This document shows, one piece after another, positions 49,287 through 57,692 of a DNA stretch of 64,000 nt. The notes below the pieces were generated by a model. It had not been told where the DNA came from. It made no database searches and saw nothing but the letters and a program-made list of their open reading frames with translations. This DNA comes from Chthoniobacterales bacterium. GTDB lineage: Bacteria > Verrucomicrobiota > Verrucomicrobiia > Chthoniobacterales > Chthoniobacteraceae. Both the position numbers and the translations under genes were made by a program. The DNA lies in NCBI GenBank assembly GCA_038207335.1, contig JBBQZX010000024.1, positions 1 through 64,000 on the forward strand. Reading direction: 5' to 3'. Numbering within the stretch: the stretch's first letter is position 1; each line of letters starts with the position of its first letter.

Positions 49287-50825
49287 TCAATGTTTGAAAT
49301 GCCGGATGCCGGTGCAGATCATCGTCATGTTTCGCTCGTTGGCGGCAGCGATGACTTCGGCATCCTTGACCGAGCCGCCGGGCTGTATGGCGGACGTGGC
49401 GCCCGCTTCGGCGGCGGCGATGAGGCCGTCTGGAAATGGGAAGAACGCGTCGCTGCCGACCGCGCTTCCTTTCAAGGAGAGACCCGCATCGGCGGCTTTC
49501 CAGATGGCGATGCGCGAGGAATCAACTCGCGACATTTGCCCCGCGCCGATGCCGAGCGTGCGGTCGCGGCCGGCATAGACGATTGCGTTGGATTTCACAT
49601 GCTTCACCACGCGCCACGCAAAAAGCATCGCGGCCATTTCCTCCGCACCGGGCTTGCGATCGGTGACTACTTTTTCCGCGAAATCCACCGCCGGCTCGAT
49701 ATCCGCACTCTGCACGAGCACGCCACCGATGACGCGCCGGATTTGCATCTCCGCTGAGTCGCCGGGCTTCGGCAGCGGTCGCGCGAGCTTCCGCATGAGC
49801 CGCAGGTTTTTCTTTTTCTGCAAAAGCGCACGCGCATCCGGCTCGAAGTCCGGCGCGATGATCACCTCGCTGAAAATCTCGCTAATCGCCTTCGCAAGCG
49901 ACTCGGTAAGCGGGCGATTGCAAATGATGATGCCGCCGAATGGCGCCTGCTTGTCGGTCGCGAACGCCTTGTTCCATGCCTCACGGAGGTCTTCGTCGCT
50001 GCCGACGCCGCATGGGTTCGTATGCTTCAAAATCGCGACGGTCGGCGCGTCGAATTCCTCGATCAGTTCGGAAGCGGCGGTGATGTCGAGGATGTTGTTA
50101 TACGAGAGTTCCTTGCCGTGAAGCTTCGTGAAATGGTCGTCGAAACTGCCGTAGAGCGCCGCGGCTTGGTGAGGATTTTCACCGTAGCGCAGCCGAGAGA
50201 CGATCGGCAGCGAGAGATTGAAGGAACATGACGTCTCCTGCTCCTTGTTAAGGTAATTCGCGATCGCGCCGTCGTAACGCGAAGTGGTGACGAAGACTTT
50301 GATGCCGAGCCGCTCGCGAAGTTTTAGCGTGGTCGCGCCGTCGTTGTCGCGCATCTGCTCGAGCACGTCCGCGTAGTCCGCCGGGTCCACGACGACGGTG
50401 ACGGAGCGGTAGTTTTTCGCCGCGCTGCGGAGCATTGAGGGTCCGCCGATATCGATCTGCTCGATCGCCTCCTCGAGCGTCGTTTCCTTGCGCGCGACTG
50501 TTTTCTCGAAGGGGTAAAGATTTACCACCACGAGATCGATCGGCGTGATGCCGTGCGCCTCCGCCTGCGCGCAGTGGTCGGGGTTGTCGCGCACGAAAAG
50601 GAGGCCGCCGTGGACTTTTGGGTGCAGCGTTTTCACGCGTCCATCGAGCATCTCGGGGAAACCGGTGAACTCGGAAATCTCGGTACTGGCGACTCCCTCC
50701 TTTTTCAAAAGAGACGCCGTCCCGCCCGTGGAGATGATTTCGACACCCATTGCGACGAGTTCGCGGGCAAATTCCACTAGGCCGGTTTTGTCTGAAACGG
50801 AGATCAACGCACGCTGGATTTTCAT
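49287..50825 (-). CDS. purH: Bifunctional AICAR formyltransferase / IMP cyclohydrolase
   Basis: [39 protein letters not shown], terminal RHFKH. Confidence 0.97.
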   Translation of the reverse strand: MKIQRALISVSDKTGLVEFARELVAMGVEIISTGGTASLLKKEGVASTEISEFTGFPEMLDGRVKTLHPKVHGGLLFVRDNPDHCAQAEAHGITPIDLVVVNLYPFEKTVARKETTLEEAIEQIDIGGPSMLRSAAKNYRSVTVVVDPADYADVLEQMRDNDGATTLKLRERLGIKVFVTTSRYDGAIANYLNKEQETSCSFNLSLPIVSRLRYGENPHQAAALYGSFDDHFTKLHGKELSYNNILDITAASELIEEFDAPTVAILKHTNPCGVGSDEDLREAWNKAFATDKQAPFGGIIICNRPLTESLAKAISEIFSEVIIAPDFEPDARALLQKKKNLRLMRKLARPLPKPGDSAEMQIRRVIGGVLVQSADIEPAVDFAEKVVTDRKPGAEEMAAMLFAWRVVKHVKSNAIVYAGRDRTLGIGAGQMSRVDSSRIAIWKAADAGLSLKGSAVGSDAFFPFPDGLIAAAEAGATSAIQPGGSVKDAEVIAAANERNMTMICTGIRHFKH

Positions 50826-50834
50826 CGGGCGCGG

Positions 50835-50863
50835 AGGCTAGGTGCGAGGTGAGGAGCGGTCAA
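50835..50863 (-). promoter_or_regulatory. Putative sigma70 promoter of purH (near-leaderless)
   Basis: TTGACC-N17-TAGCCT ending 9 nt before the ATG; no Shine-Dalgarno. Confidence 0.55.
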
Positions 50864-50909
50864 TCGGAGCGTTCCCTCAAAGTGCCGACACTCGCCGCGG
50901 AGTCCGTAC

Positions 50910-50946
50910 AAAATGAACCGCACGGCCACCCAAAGCCGTGCGGTTC
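50910..50946 (-). terminator. Rho-independent terminator
   Basis: Perfect 12-bp stem GAACCGCACGGC / GCCGTGCGGTTC with 8-nt loop, followed by ATTTT on the minus strand. Confidence 0.7.
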
Positions 50947-50968
50947 TAACCCAACAACACAAACACCT
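50910..50968 (-). ncRNA. Candidate ~60-nt GU-rich small RNA
   Basis: TTGCGG-N16-TAGGAT promoter-like pair (51002-50975), then GGTGTTTGTGTTGTTGGGTT, then the terminator hairpin. Confidence 0.35.
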
Positions 50969-51100
50969 GCCAATATCCTACGCCGTGTTTCGGCATCCGC
51001 AAATCGGCGAAGCGATTTTTCCGCCTCGCGACAAGAAAATATTTTCGCGCCGTCACCGGTCGGAGCCGAAAGCCGGAGATCCACCGCAAACCGCGCCGGA

Positions 51101-51418
51101 TCAGGAGTATTTGACCTGTTTCCCAGGCTCCATCTCGTAGTGGAGCGTCAGGCGCTCAGCGGTGCCAGCTTTCACCACTTCGGCGACGAATTTCATGTAG
51201 ATCGCATCGTCCTCGACCACTGCGCGCTTTTCCATCGATTCAAACTCGAGCGCGATAAAAAAAGGCCACTCGGTGTGAGCGTCGATCGTCTTGCCACATT
51301 TCACGCTGAGCACCTCTGGGATTTTTAGAAGGCTCATGCGCGTGGTCATCATCATCTCCTCGATCTTCGCAGGCGTTGTCTCGGGCTTAAGTTTAAAGAG
51401 CGTGATTTGCTGGACCAT
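51101..51418 (-). CDS. Dabb / stress-responsive A/B-barrel protein
   Basis: 105 aa; 'ITLFKLKPE..KIPEVLSVKCG..LEFES' pattern. Confidence 0.7.
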   Translation of the reverse strand: MVQQITLFKLKPETTPAKIEEMMMTTRMSLLKIPEVLSVKCGKTIDAHTEWPFFIALEFESMEKRAVVEDDAIYMKFVAEVVKAGTAERLTLHYEMEPGKQVKYS

Positions 51419-51564
51419 CGGACGGAGCTTCTAGTTTTTGAAAAAGCGGTAGGCAATCGGATTCCGACGCACCTGAGATTGAACGCGAGCGATGCCGATA
51501 GCAATCGGGCGGAGCTCCGAAGTCAGGCGCGGCGCCCGCAAATGCGCAGTCAAGTTCGAGAGAA

Positions 51565-51936
51565 CTACTTTTTCCAGTCCAGCGCGCCTTTCATGATCGC
51601 GTAGACGTATCCGACCGTGATCACGGCGACAAAGCCGAGCATGCTCCAGAAAATCGATGGGCCGTGCAGCGCGATGAATTCGCGAAAAACGACGGCCCAA
51701 GAATACATGAAGACGATCTCGATATCGAAGAGGATGAAGAGCATCGCCACGAGGTAGAATTTCACGCTGAACCGCGGCTGCGCCTCGCCGATCGGCAGCA
51801 TTCCGCACTCGTACGCGGAGTCTTTGGTCGGGTTGCTGCGCGCGGACTTGCCCAGCACGACGCTAGCGATGAGCGCGGAGGCTGCAAAGCCGATGGCAAC
51901 GATGACTTGGAGGAGGATCGGGAGATAGTCTTGCAT
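51565..51936 (-). CDS. nuoA: NADH-quinone oxidoreductase subunit A
   Basis: KDSAYECG, FYLVAMLFILFDIE, KGALDW. Confidence 0.95.
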   Translation of the reverse strand: MQDYLPILLQVIVAIGFAASALIASVVLGKSARSNPTKDSAYECGMLPIGEAQPRFSVKFYLVAMLFILFDIEIVFMYSWAVVFREFIALHGPSIFWSMLGFVAVITVGYVYAIMKGALDWKK

Positions 51937-51966
51937 CTGAATTTTGGAAAAATGGAGCGGTGAGAA

Positions 51967-52284
51967 TTAGGCAACGGGCGCGCGGGGCGGGAGTGGAGTG
52001 GGTGTGGTTTCGAGCGTGGCGAGCTGTTTTGGGATGCCTTTATACTTCTTCTGATCCTTCTTTACCATGCCGCGCGAGACGAGGTTTTGCAGCTTTTCAT
52101 AAGCACGCAGCCGCAGCATTTCCTCCCCGCCGCTCGCAGCCTTGCGAGCCTTGAGCTTCGCATAGACGACATCGAACAAATCCTTGAACTCGAACGTGGT
52201 GCGCGAGGACAGCGCGGCGGCGAGTTCCTCCGTGACAAGGTCCGGCAGACGCCGGGCAAACGCGGTCTTCTGGTGGATGGACAT
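51967..52284 (-). CDS. Small basic hypothetical protein, possibly winged-helix
   Basis: 105-aa K/R-rich ORF with helical pattern and terminal 'GMVKKDQKKYKG'. Confidence 0.7.
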   Translation of the reverse strand: MSIHQKTAFARRLPDLVTEELAAALSSRTTFEFKDLFDVVYAKLKARKAASGGEEMLRLRAYEKLQNLVSRGMVKKDQKKYKGIPKQLATLETTPTPLPPRAPVA

Positions 52285-52367
52285 AAGGGCGGCTCAAGTA
52301 GCAGAACGCCTGAATTTTGGCAGCGAAAAAACGGGCGCCTCGCGAAAATATCCACGCCCTCAGACGA

Positions 52368-54203
52368 CTAATTCTCCGGTGTCGGCTCCGGCGCAGCGGG
52401 CGGCGCGGGTTGAGCAGGCGGCGGCGGAATGGGTGCGGTTTGGGGCGGTGTGAGATTGAGCAGTTTGGCAGGGTCTAGCGCAGCAGCTTCGATGTTTTGC
52501 AAGTTTGGCAGCGCCGCGCGGATTGCACCGCCGACGGCAGCGACGAGCACTTGATTAATGGTGAGCGTGCCGGTCGATTCCAACAGCGTGCCGGTCGCTG
52601 TCGTGGATTGCGACATGACGATCGGGCCGAGGTGCTTGGTAAAAGTCTCGGTGCTCGGCAATTTGCCGCCATCGATCCACTCGCCCGCGACGGGAGCGAA
52701 GGCGAGCGACATGATGATGAACGGACGGAAAGTGCCGTAAGCCCGTTCGAAAAGGCCGCGCAAATCGAGGTAGGCAAATGAGCTCGTCGCCGGTGCGACC
52801 GTTTTTTCCGCGGTCAAAAATGGCGCGCTGCTGCCCAGATTTGCCTCGCCGGATTTCAGTTTCGTTTCGGCGAGCGCAACCGAATCCGCGCTGAATCCTG
52901 CGATCAAAAACCGATCGGTCAGCGCAAACGTCGGTGAGATGAGTCCCAGCCCTTCAGCCGGCGCCGAGTAAGTGATGGCACCATCGGTCTCCGTTTTTGT
53001 CCACGCCGGTGAGCCCGGAAGTGGGCCGGTCAGCACGTCGGTGAATGCGCGCGCTTTTACCGCGTCGCGCACGTCGAGGGTGAGGACAAATGACGGCTGC
53101 ATCAGACCCTGCGGCCAGTCCATCGCCGCGCCGAATTCCGGGCCAAATGCCTGATTCCAATCGGAAAACGAGAGCCCGTGTGCCGCGAGGGATTTCTGCA
53201 TCGGCGCGATATTTGGCAGCACGAGCGTCAGGGCAGCCGTCGCGGAATCTGGCAGCTCGATGGTCGCCGGGAGCGCGGTTGCGAATAATAAAAGCGTCGC
53301 AGACGAGGTGAGCGAGAGCGCGTGGCGGGCGAGCGGCGGCTCGGCTTTATTGTCCGTGCTGAGGATGAAAATCGTGTCGCGGAAATCGGCGCCGTCGAGT
53401 TTCGTCGAGGCGGCAATTGCCTTTGTCTTCTTCAAGTCGGCGAGCTGCTTCCCATCGAGCGACTGCCCGCTCGCGAGCATCAGCGCAGTTACGCGCTCCA
53501 TGACCTGACCAAGCTGCGCGACGATGAGCGCATCGCGATCCGCGGGCAACGGCGCAGTCGCTTCGACGAAGCCCGGCGCAGTCGCGAGGCCGCCTGCCGA
53601 TGCTCCGTTTTTGCCATCGTACCGATCGAGCGTCTGCTCAAGCAGCGCCAGATCGTTTCCGAAAAAATACCAGTCATCGCGGAAGACGCCTGCGGCCACG
53701 GCATCTTTGTCGGTGAAAGATTCGATCTCCGCCGCGCCGTAGTTCACCAGCTCCGCGCGCCCCGCCGGACGCGCCGATTTCAACGCCGCCCACGGCTGCT
53801 CGAGCAACCGCTCGACCTCCCGCCGACTCCCGCCAAACGAGAACCCCGCGACGAAACGAGGCTCCGGTCCATCGATCGACGTGACCGTCAAAAACGCCTC
53901 GCCGGGCGACAAATTGTGCAGAGTCTCAAATTGAGCCATCCACGGCGAATCGCCCGCCATTTTCGCCATCGGCTTTTCGAGAAAAGCCTTCATCTCGGGC
54001 TCGCGCAAAAGTTGTGCGAGCGACGTGAGCTTCCACCGCTCCGCAGTCCGCGGGATGCTCGGGATCTGAGCGAATAGAATCGCGTCCGCCGGTGCCAATT
54101 CCGCCCCGCGCGCCACGTGCGGCGCGCGTGTCCGGCGCCAATAAATACCCGCCGGCACGGCGAGCGCGGCGAAGACGATGAGAGCGAGCAGCAGCTTTTT
54201 CAT
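52368..54203 (-). CDS. Exported hypothetical protein (DUF3352-like)
   Basis: N-terminal TM/signal, ~610 aa, Pro-rich tail; family call is tentative. Confidence 0.7.
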   Translation of the reverse strand: MKKLLLALIVFAALAVPAGIYWRRTRAPHVARGAELAPADAILFAQIPSIPRTAERWKLTSLAQLLREPEMKAFLEKPMAKMAGDSPWMAQFETLHNLSPGEAFLTVTSIDGPEPRFVAGFSFGGSRREVERLLEQPWAALKSARPAGRAELVNYGAAEIESFTDKDAVAAGVFRDDWYFFGNDLALLEQTLDRYDGKNGASAGGLATAPGFVEATAPLPADRDALIVAQLGQVMERVTALMLASGQSLDGKQLADLKKTKAIAASTKLDGADFRDTIFILSTDNKAEPPLARHALSLTSSATLLLFATALPATIELPDSATAALTLVLPNIAPMQKSLAAHGLSFSDWNQAFGPEFGAAMDWPQGLMQPSFVLTLDVRDAVKARAFTDVLTGPLPGSPAWTKTETDGAITYSAPAEGLGLISPTFALTDRFLIAGFSADSVALAETKLKSGEANLGSSAPFLTAEKTVAPATSSFAYLDLRGLFERAYGTFRPFIIMSLAFAPVAGEWIDGGKLPSTETFTKHLGPIVMSQSTTATGTLLESTGTLTINQVLVAAVGGAIRAALPNLQNIEAAALDPAKLLNLTPPQTAPIPPPPAQPAPPAAPEPTPEN

Positions 54204-54234
54204 AAATGCCAAATCCTCACGGAGCACTCTCTCC

Positions 54235-54262
54235 ATTCAAAATTCAAAATCCAAAATTCACA
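54235..54262. repeat. ATTCAAA heptamer tandem array
   Basis: ATTCAAA ATTCAAA ATCCAAA ATTCACA, directly after the stop at 54264. Confidence 0.75.
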
Positions 54263-54263
54263 T

Positions 54264-54877
54264 TTATTCCTCATACACGCCCGCCGCCCTCCACCCTGCC
54301 GCGCTCACTTCGAATACCTCGACGCTCACCGGGAACGGCGTGGCGCGATATGCCTCAAAAACCATCGGCGAGAATTCGTCGTAGTGGCTCGCGAGCTTCG
54401 GGAAAATGAACGCCTTGTAGCGGCTCGGCACGACGACCAGCAGCTTGTCGCCGAGCGTGTCTTTGAAGAGATCGAGGAACTTCGCCGCGAACACCGCGCT
54501 TCCCACGATCGGCTGATCGGAGCTCAGCGTCGCGTATTCGATCACCTGTTTTTTGTCGCGGACATAGACGGGCGTCATCGTCGCGAGATCGGCATCCGCA
54601 TTCATCCGCGCCTTTGCCAGAAAGGCTTTCCAGCCGGCCTTTACCTCGTCGAACTGCGCGCGCAGCAGATACGCGTCCCCCTTTTCATCCCGAATCCCCG
54701 CCGCGATCTCCGTCCGCTCCGAGCCCGGAATCGGCGCGGTCACCGCCGCGTGCATGAATTTCGGCTCGAGCCACACGCGCCATTCCGAATCATCCGCCCG
54801 CGCCGCGGCCGCCGCGAAGAGCGCAACTGCCACTGCCGCAAAAAGCGCCCTCGCGCTTTGGCGTTTGGCGTTTTCAC
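54264..54877 (-). CDS. Exported hypothetical protein (DUF1444-like); best start codon is out of frame by a heptamer repeat
   Basis: Body has a signal h-region (ALFAAVAVALFAAAAARA) and 'LLVVVPSR..YRATPFPVSVEVF'; SD-preceded GTG at 54877 is frameshifted relative to it. Confidence 0.6.
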
Positions 54878-54914
54878 CTTCCCTCCCCCGCCTGCGCCGA
54901 GTCCACTCGCCGCG

Positions 54915-55520
54915 ATGATTACATTTCTCGAAGGCACGCTGATCGAGTCGCTGCCGACGCATGTCGTCCTTGCGGTGCATGGGGTCGGCTATCATGTTTT
55001 AATCCCGCTTTCGAGCTACGACAAACTCCCGGCACCCGGCGCGCAGATCAAGATTTTAACGCATCTCCAAGTCCGCGAAGACGCGCATGTTCTGTTCGGG
55101 TTCATGTCCACTGCGGAGCGCGATTTGTTCCGGTTGCTCGTGAGTCACGTCAGCGGCATCGGGCCGAAAACCGCGCTCGACGTGCTCAGCGGGATCAGCG
55201 TGACGAGCTTCAAGGCGGCGGTCGTGGCGGGCGATGCGGCGACGCTCGCGAAGAGCAAAGGCATCGGAAAAAAGACCGCTGAGCGGATCATCGTGGAGCT
55301 CAAGGACAAAGTCGGAGTCGCCGCCGCTTGGGAGGCCGCGAGCGCCGCGCACGCGCCAACGCCGCTGGAGGCGAAGATCAATGACGCCGTGCTGGCGCTC
55401 ATCTCGCTCGGCTACAAGCAGGTGGATGCGCACAAGGCGATCAAGCAAGTGAGCGAGAAAACCGCTTCGGATTGCGCGGTGGAAGACCTCGTACGCGCCG
55501 CGCTGAAGGTGCTGATTTAA
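54915..55520 (+). CDS. ruvA: Holliday junction branch migration protein RuvA
   Basis: MITFLEG, GVGY, VREDA..LFGF, GIGPKTA, GIGKKTAERIIVELKDK, ALISLGY. Confidence 0.96.
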   Translation: MITFLEGTLIESLPTHVVLAVHGVGYHVLIPLSSYDKLPAPGAQIKILTHLQVREDAHVLFGFMSTAERDLFRLLVSHVSGIGPKTALDVLSGISVTSFKAAVVAGDAATLAKSKGIGKKTAERIIVELKDKVGVAAAWEAASAAHAPTPLEAKINDAVLALISLGYKQVDAHKAIKQVSEKTASDCAVEDLVRAALKVLI

Positions 55521-56518
55521 AGCAGCTCCGCGATCTGCACGGCGTTGAGCGCCGCCCCTTTCAGGAGCTGATCGCCGGCCACCCAAAACGCGAGTCCATT
55601 CTCCATCGCGCAGTCGAGCCGCAGGCGGCCGACCTCGCAATTATCCTTCTCCGCGCAGTGCAGCGGGAGCGGGTAGAGATTGCCCACCGGGTCGTCCACG
55701 AGATCCAGCCCCGGCGCATTTTTAAAAACCTCGCGCGCCTCCGCGATCGACACCGTCCGCTCAAACTCCGCGCTCACCGCCACGCTGTGCGCACGATAAA
55801 CCGGAACCCGCACGCACGTCACCGACGCCTTGAATTCCGGGTGATGCATGATCCGCCGACCCTCCTGCTGCATCTTCATCTCCTCGCGCGTGTAGCCCGA
55901 CTCGAGAAACGTATCCACATGCGGCAGCACATTGAACGCGATCTGGTGCGGATACACTTTCGCCTCCACCGGCGTCCCCGCGCTGATCGCCGCGACCTGC
56001 GCGCGAAGCTCCTCGATCGCCTGCGCGCCCGTCCCGCTCACCGCCTGGTAGCTCGACGCAAACACTCGCTTCACCCCAAACGCCTTGTGCAGCGGATGCA
56101 GCGCCATGAGCGTGATCGCCGTGGTGCAGTTCGGATTCGCGATGATCCCGCGATGCCGCGGAATGTCCTCCGCATTGATCTCCGGCACGACCAACGGCAC
56201 ATGATCATCCATGCGAAATGCGCTGGAATTATCCACGACCACAGCGCCCGCCGCGACCGCGAAAGGCGCGTACTTTTTCGAAATCCCGCCCCCCGCGCTG
56301 AACAACGCAACATCGACGTCCGCGAAAGAATCCTCGCGCAATTCCTGAATCGTCACCGCCTCACCACGGAACGACAGCGTCTTCCCGACCGACCGCGCGG
56401 ACGCGAGCAGCGTCAGTTTTCCCACAGGAAAATTGCGCTTCTCCAGCGTCTTGATCATCTCCACTCCGACCGCTCCGGTGGCTCCGACGATGGCGACATG
56501 CAAATTGCTTTTGCTCAT
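55517..56518 (-). CDS. asd: Aspartate-semialdehyde dehydrogenase
   Basis: VGATGAVG, DNSSAFRM, ANPNCTT, SYQAVSGTG, LKGAALNAVQIAE. Confidence 0.97.
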   Translation of the reverse strand: MSKSNLHVAIVGATGAVGVEMIKTLEKRNFPVGKLTLLASARSVGKTLSFRGEAVTIQELREDSFADVDVALFSAGGGISKKYAPFAVAAGAVVVDNSSAFRMDDHVPLVVPEINAEDIPRHRGIIANPNCTTAITLMALHPLHKAFGVKRVFASSYQAVSGTGAQAIEELRAQVAAISAGTPVEAKVYPHQIAFNVLPHVDTFLESGYTREEMKMQQEGRRIMHHPEFKASVTCVRVPVYRAHSVAVSAEFERTVSIAEAREVFKNAPGLDLVDDPVGNLYPLPLHCAEKDNCEVGRLRLDCAMENGLAFWVAGDQLLKGAALNAVQIAELL

Positions 56519-56553
56519 AAAAAGGGCGCGCAATGTAGGGAGTGAACACGCCA

Positions 56554-57000
56554 ATGCAAATCCGCATCCACATCCCCTCGCAGACGCTTGATCTCCTCGA
56601 CGGCGACACGCTCCTCCGCCGGTACGTCGTCTCCACATCCCGCTTCGGCCTCGGTTCCGAGCCGGGCAGTAATCGCACACCGACGGGCAATTTTCGCATC
56701 GCTGAAATGCACGGCGGCGACGCGGCGCAAGGCGAAATCCTCGTCGGCCGCGAGCGCACCGGACGCACCGGCGAGGAGGGCGACGATCACGACCACGTCC
56801 AGACGCGCATCATCTGGCTCGACGGCATCGAGGAAGAAAATGCGAACACGAAAGAGCGCTACATTTACATCCACGGCACCAACGCCGAGTCGCACCTCGG
56901 CACGCCCGCGAGCATGGGCTGCGTGCGAATGAGCAACTCCGATGTCGCCGATCTTTTCGCCCGCGTCGAGCCCGGCATGCCAGTCGAGATACAGCCGTGA
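56554..57000 (+). CDS. L,D-transpeptidase (YkuD family)
   Basis: TPTGNF and YIHGT..ASMGCVRM catalytic His/Cys motif. Confidence 0.9.
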   Translation: MQIRIHIPSQTLDLLDGDTLLRRYVVSTSRFGLGSEPGSNRTPTGNFRIAEMHGGDAAQGEILVGRERTGRTGEEGDDHDHVQTRIIWLDGIEEENANTKERYIYIHGTNAESHLGTPASMGCVRMSNSDVADLFARVEPGMPVEIQP

Positions 57001-57116
57001 GCAGCACCGCGCGCGAAAAGTGTGCACGCTTCAAAAATGCGTTGTCTCGCCAACGCGAGTCCGCATGATGCCGCGCCACAGCCCACTGGCTCAGAAAGGA
57101 GGGAAAACACCACACC

Positions 57117-57239
57117 ATGAAAATCATCGCGATCATTGCACTCGCCGCCGCCGCAATCGGCCTCAGCGCCTGCGCCCACAAGGACACAGGCTCGAGCTAT
57201 TCCGGTTCCACGACGACCAGCACCGGATACCACAAGTAA
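57117..57239 (+). CDS. Small 40-aa lipoprotein (missing from the ORF track)
   Basis: MKIIAIIALAAAAIGLSAC-AHKDTGSSYSGSTTTSTGYHK; AGAAAGGAGG upstream; lipobox LSAC; own terminator. Confidence 0.8.
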   Translation: MKIIAIIALAAAAIGLSACAHKDTGSSYSGSTTTSTGYHK

Positions 57240-57273
57240 GCCACCTCTCCCCCTGAGGAGGGCCCATTTGACT

Positions 57274-57308
57274 AGGCCAGGCCGACCCGTTCGGCCTGGC
57301 CTTTTCTT
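57274..57308 (+). terminator. Rho-independent terminator
   Basis: AGGCCAGGCCGA-CCCGT-TCGGCCTGGCCT followed by TTTCTT. Confidence 0.85.
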
Positions 57309-57403
57309 ATGTAAAAATCACCCCTTCGTGATTCTCTCACGTCCCGCGAAACCGCAAAGAGAGCGCATGCCCCGCCTTCATCCTCCCAAAACTCCGAACC
57401 CCT

Positions 57404-57464
57404 GCGGAGACTCCTCCGGGGCCATCATCAAACCTCACGCACCTCGCGGAGACGTCTCCGGGGC
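57404..57464. repeat. Two 19-bp palindromic direct repeats, 42-bp period
   Basis: GCGGAGACTCCTCCGGGGC (57404-57422) and GCGGAGACGTCTCCGGGGC (57446-57464). Confidence 0.7.
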
Positions 57465-57692
57465 ACTGGTGAAAACTTCGGATAAATATCCACCCCCCCA
57501 ACCCCTTTGTAAACTCCCTCAACTTTCCAAAATCGTCCACCCGTCCCCTGTCAACGTCCCACCCGTCTCCTCGCCAACCCCTCTGGCAACCCCCTCAAAC
57601 ATCGAAACCAGCTTTCCGCCCCCCCCGAGCGATTTTTGTCCCAAACTCTAGGTTTTCGGATGTTCCACTTCGAAACGCCAATTTCACTCCGC

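Noticed and set aside
50826..51100. ZMP/ZTP (pfl) riboswitch upstream of purH
   Set aside because: I could not find the conserved pfl elements, and a promoter-like pair lies immediately before the purH ATG.
57404..57464. CRISPR array
   Set aside because: Only two 19-bp units, no cas genes and no leader.
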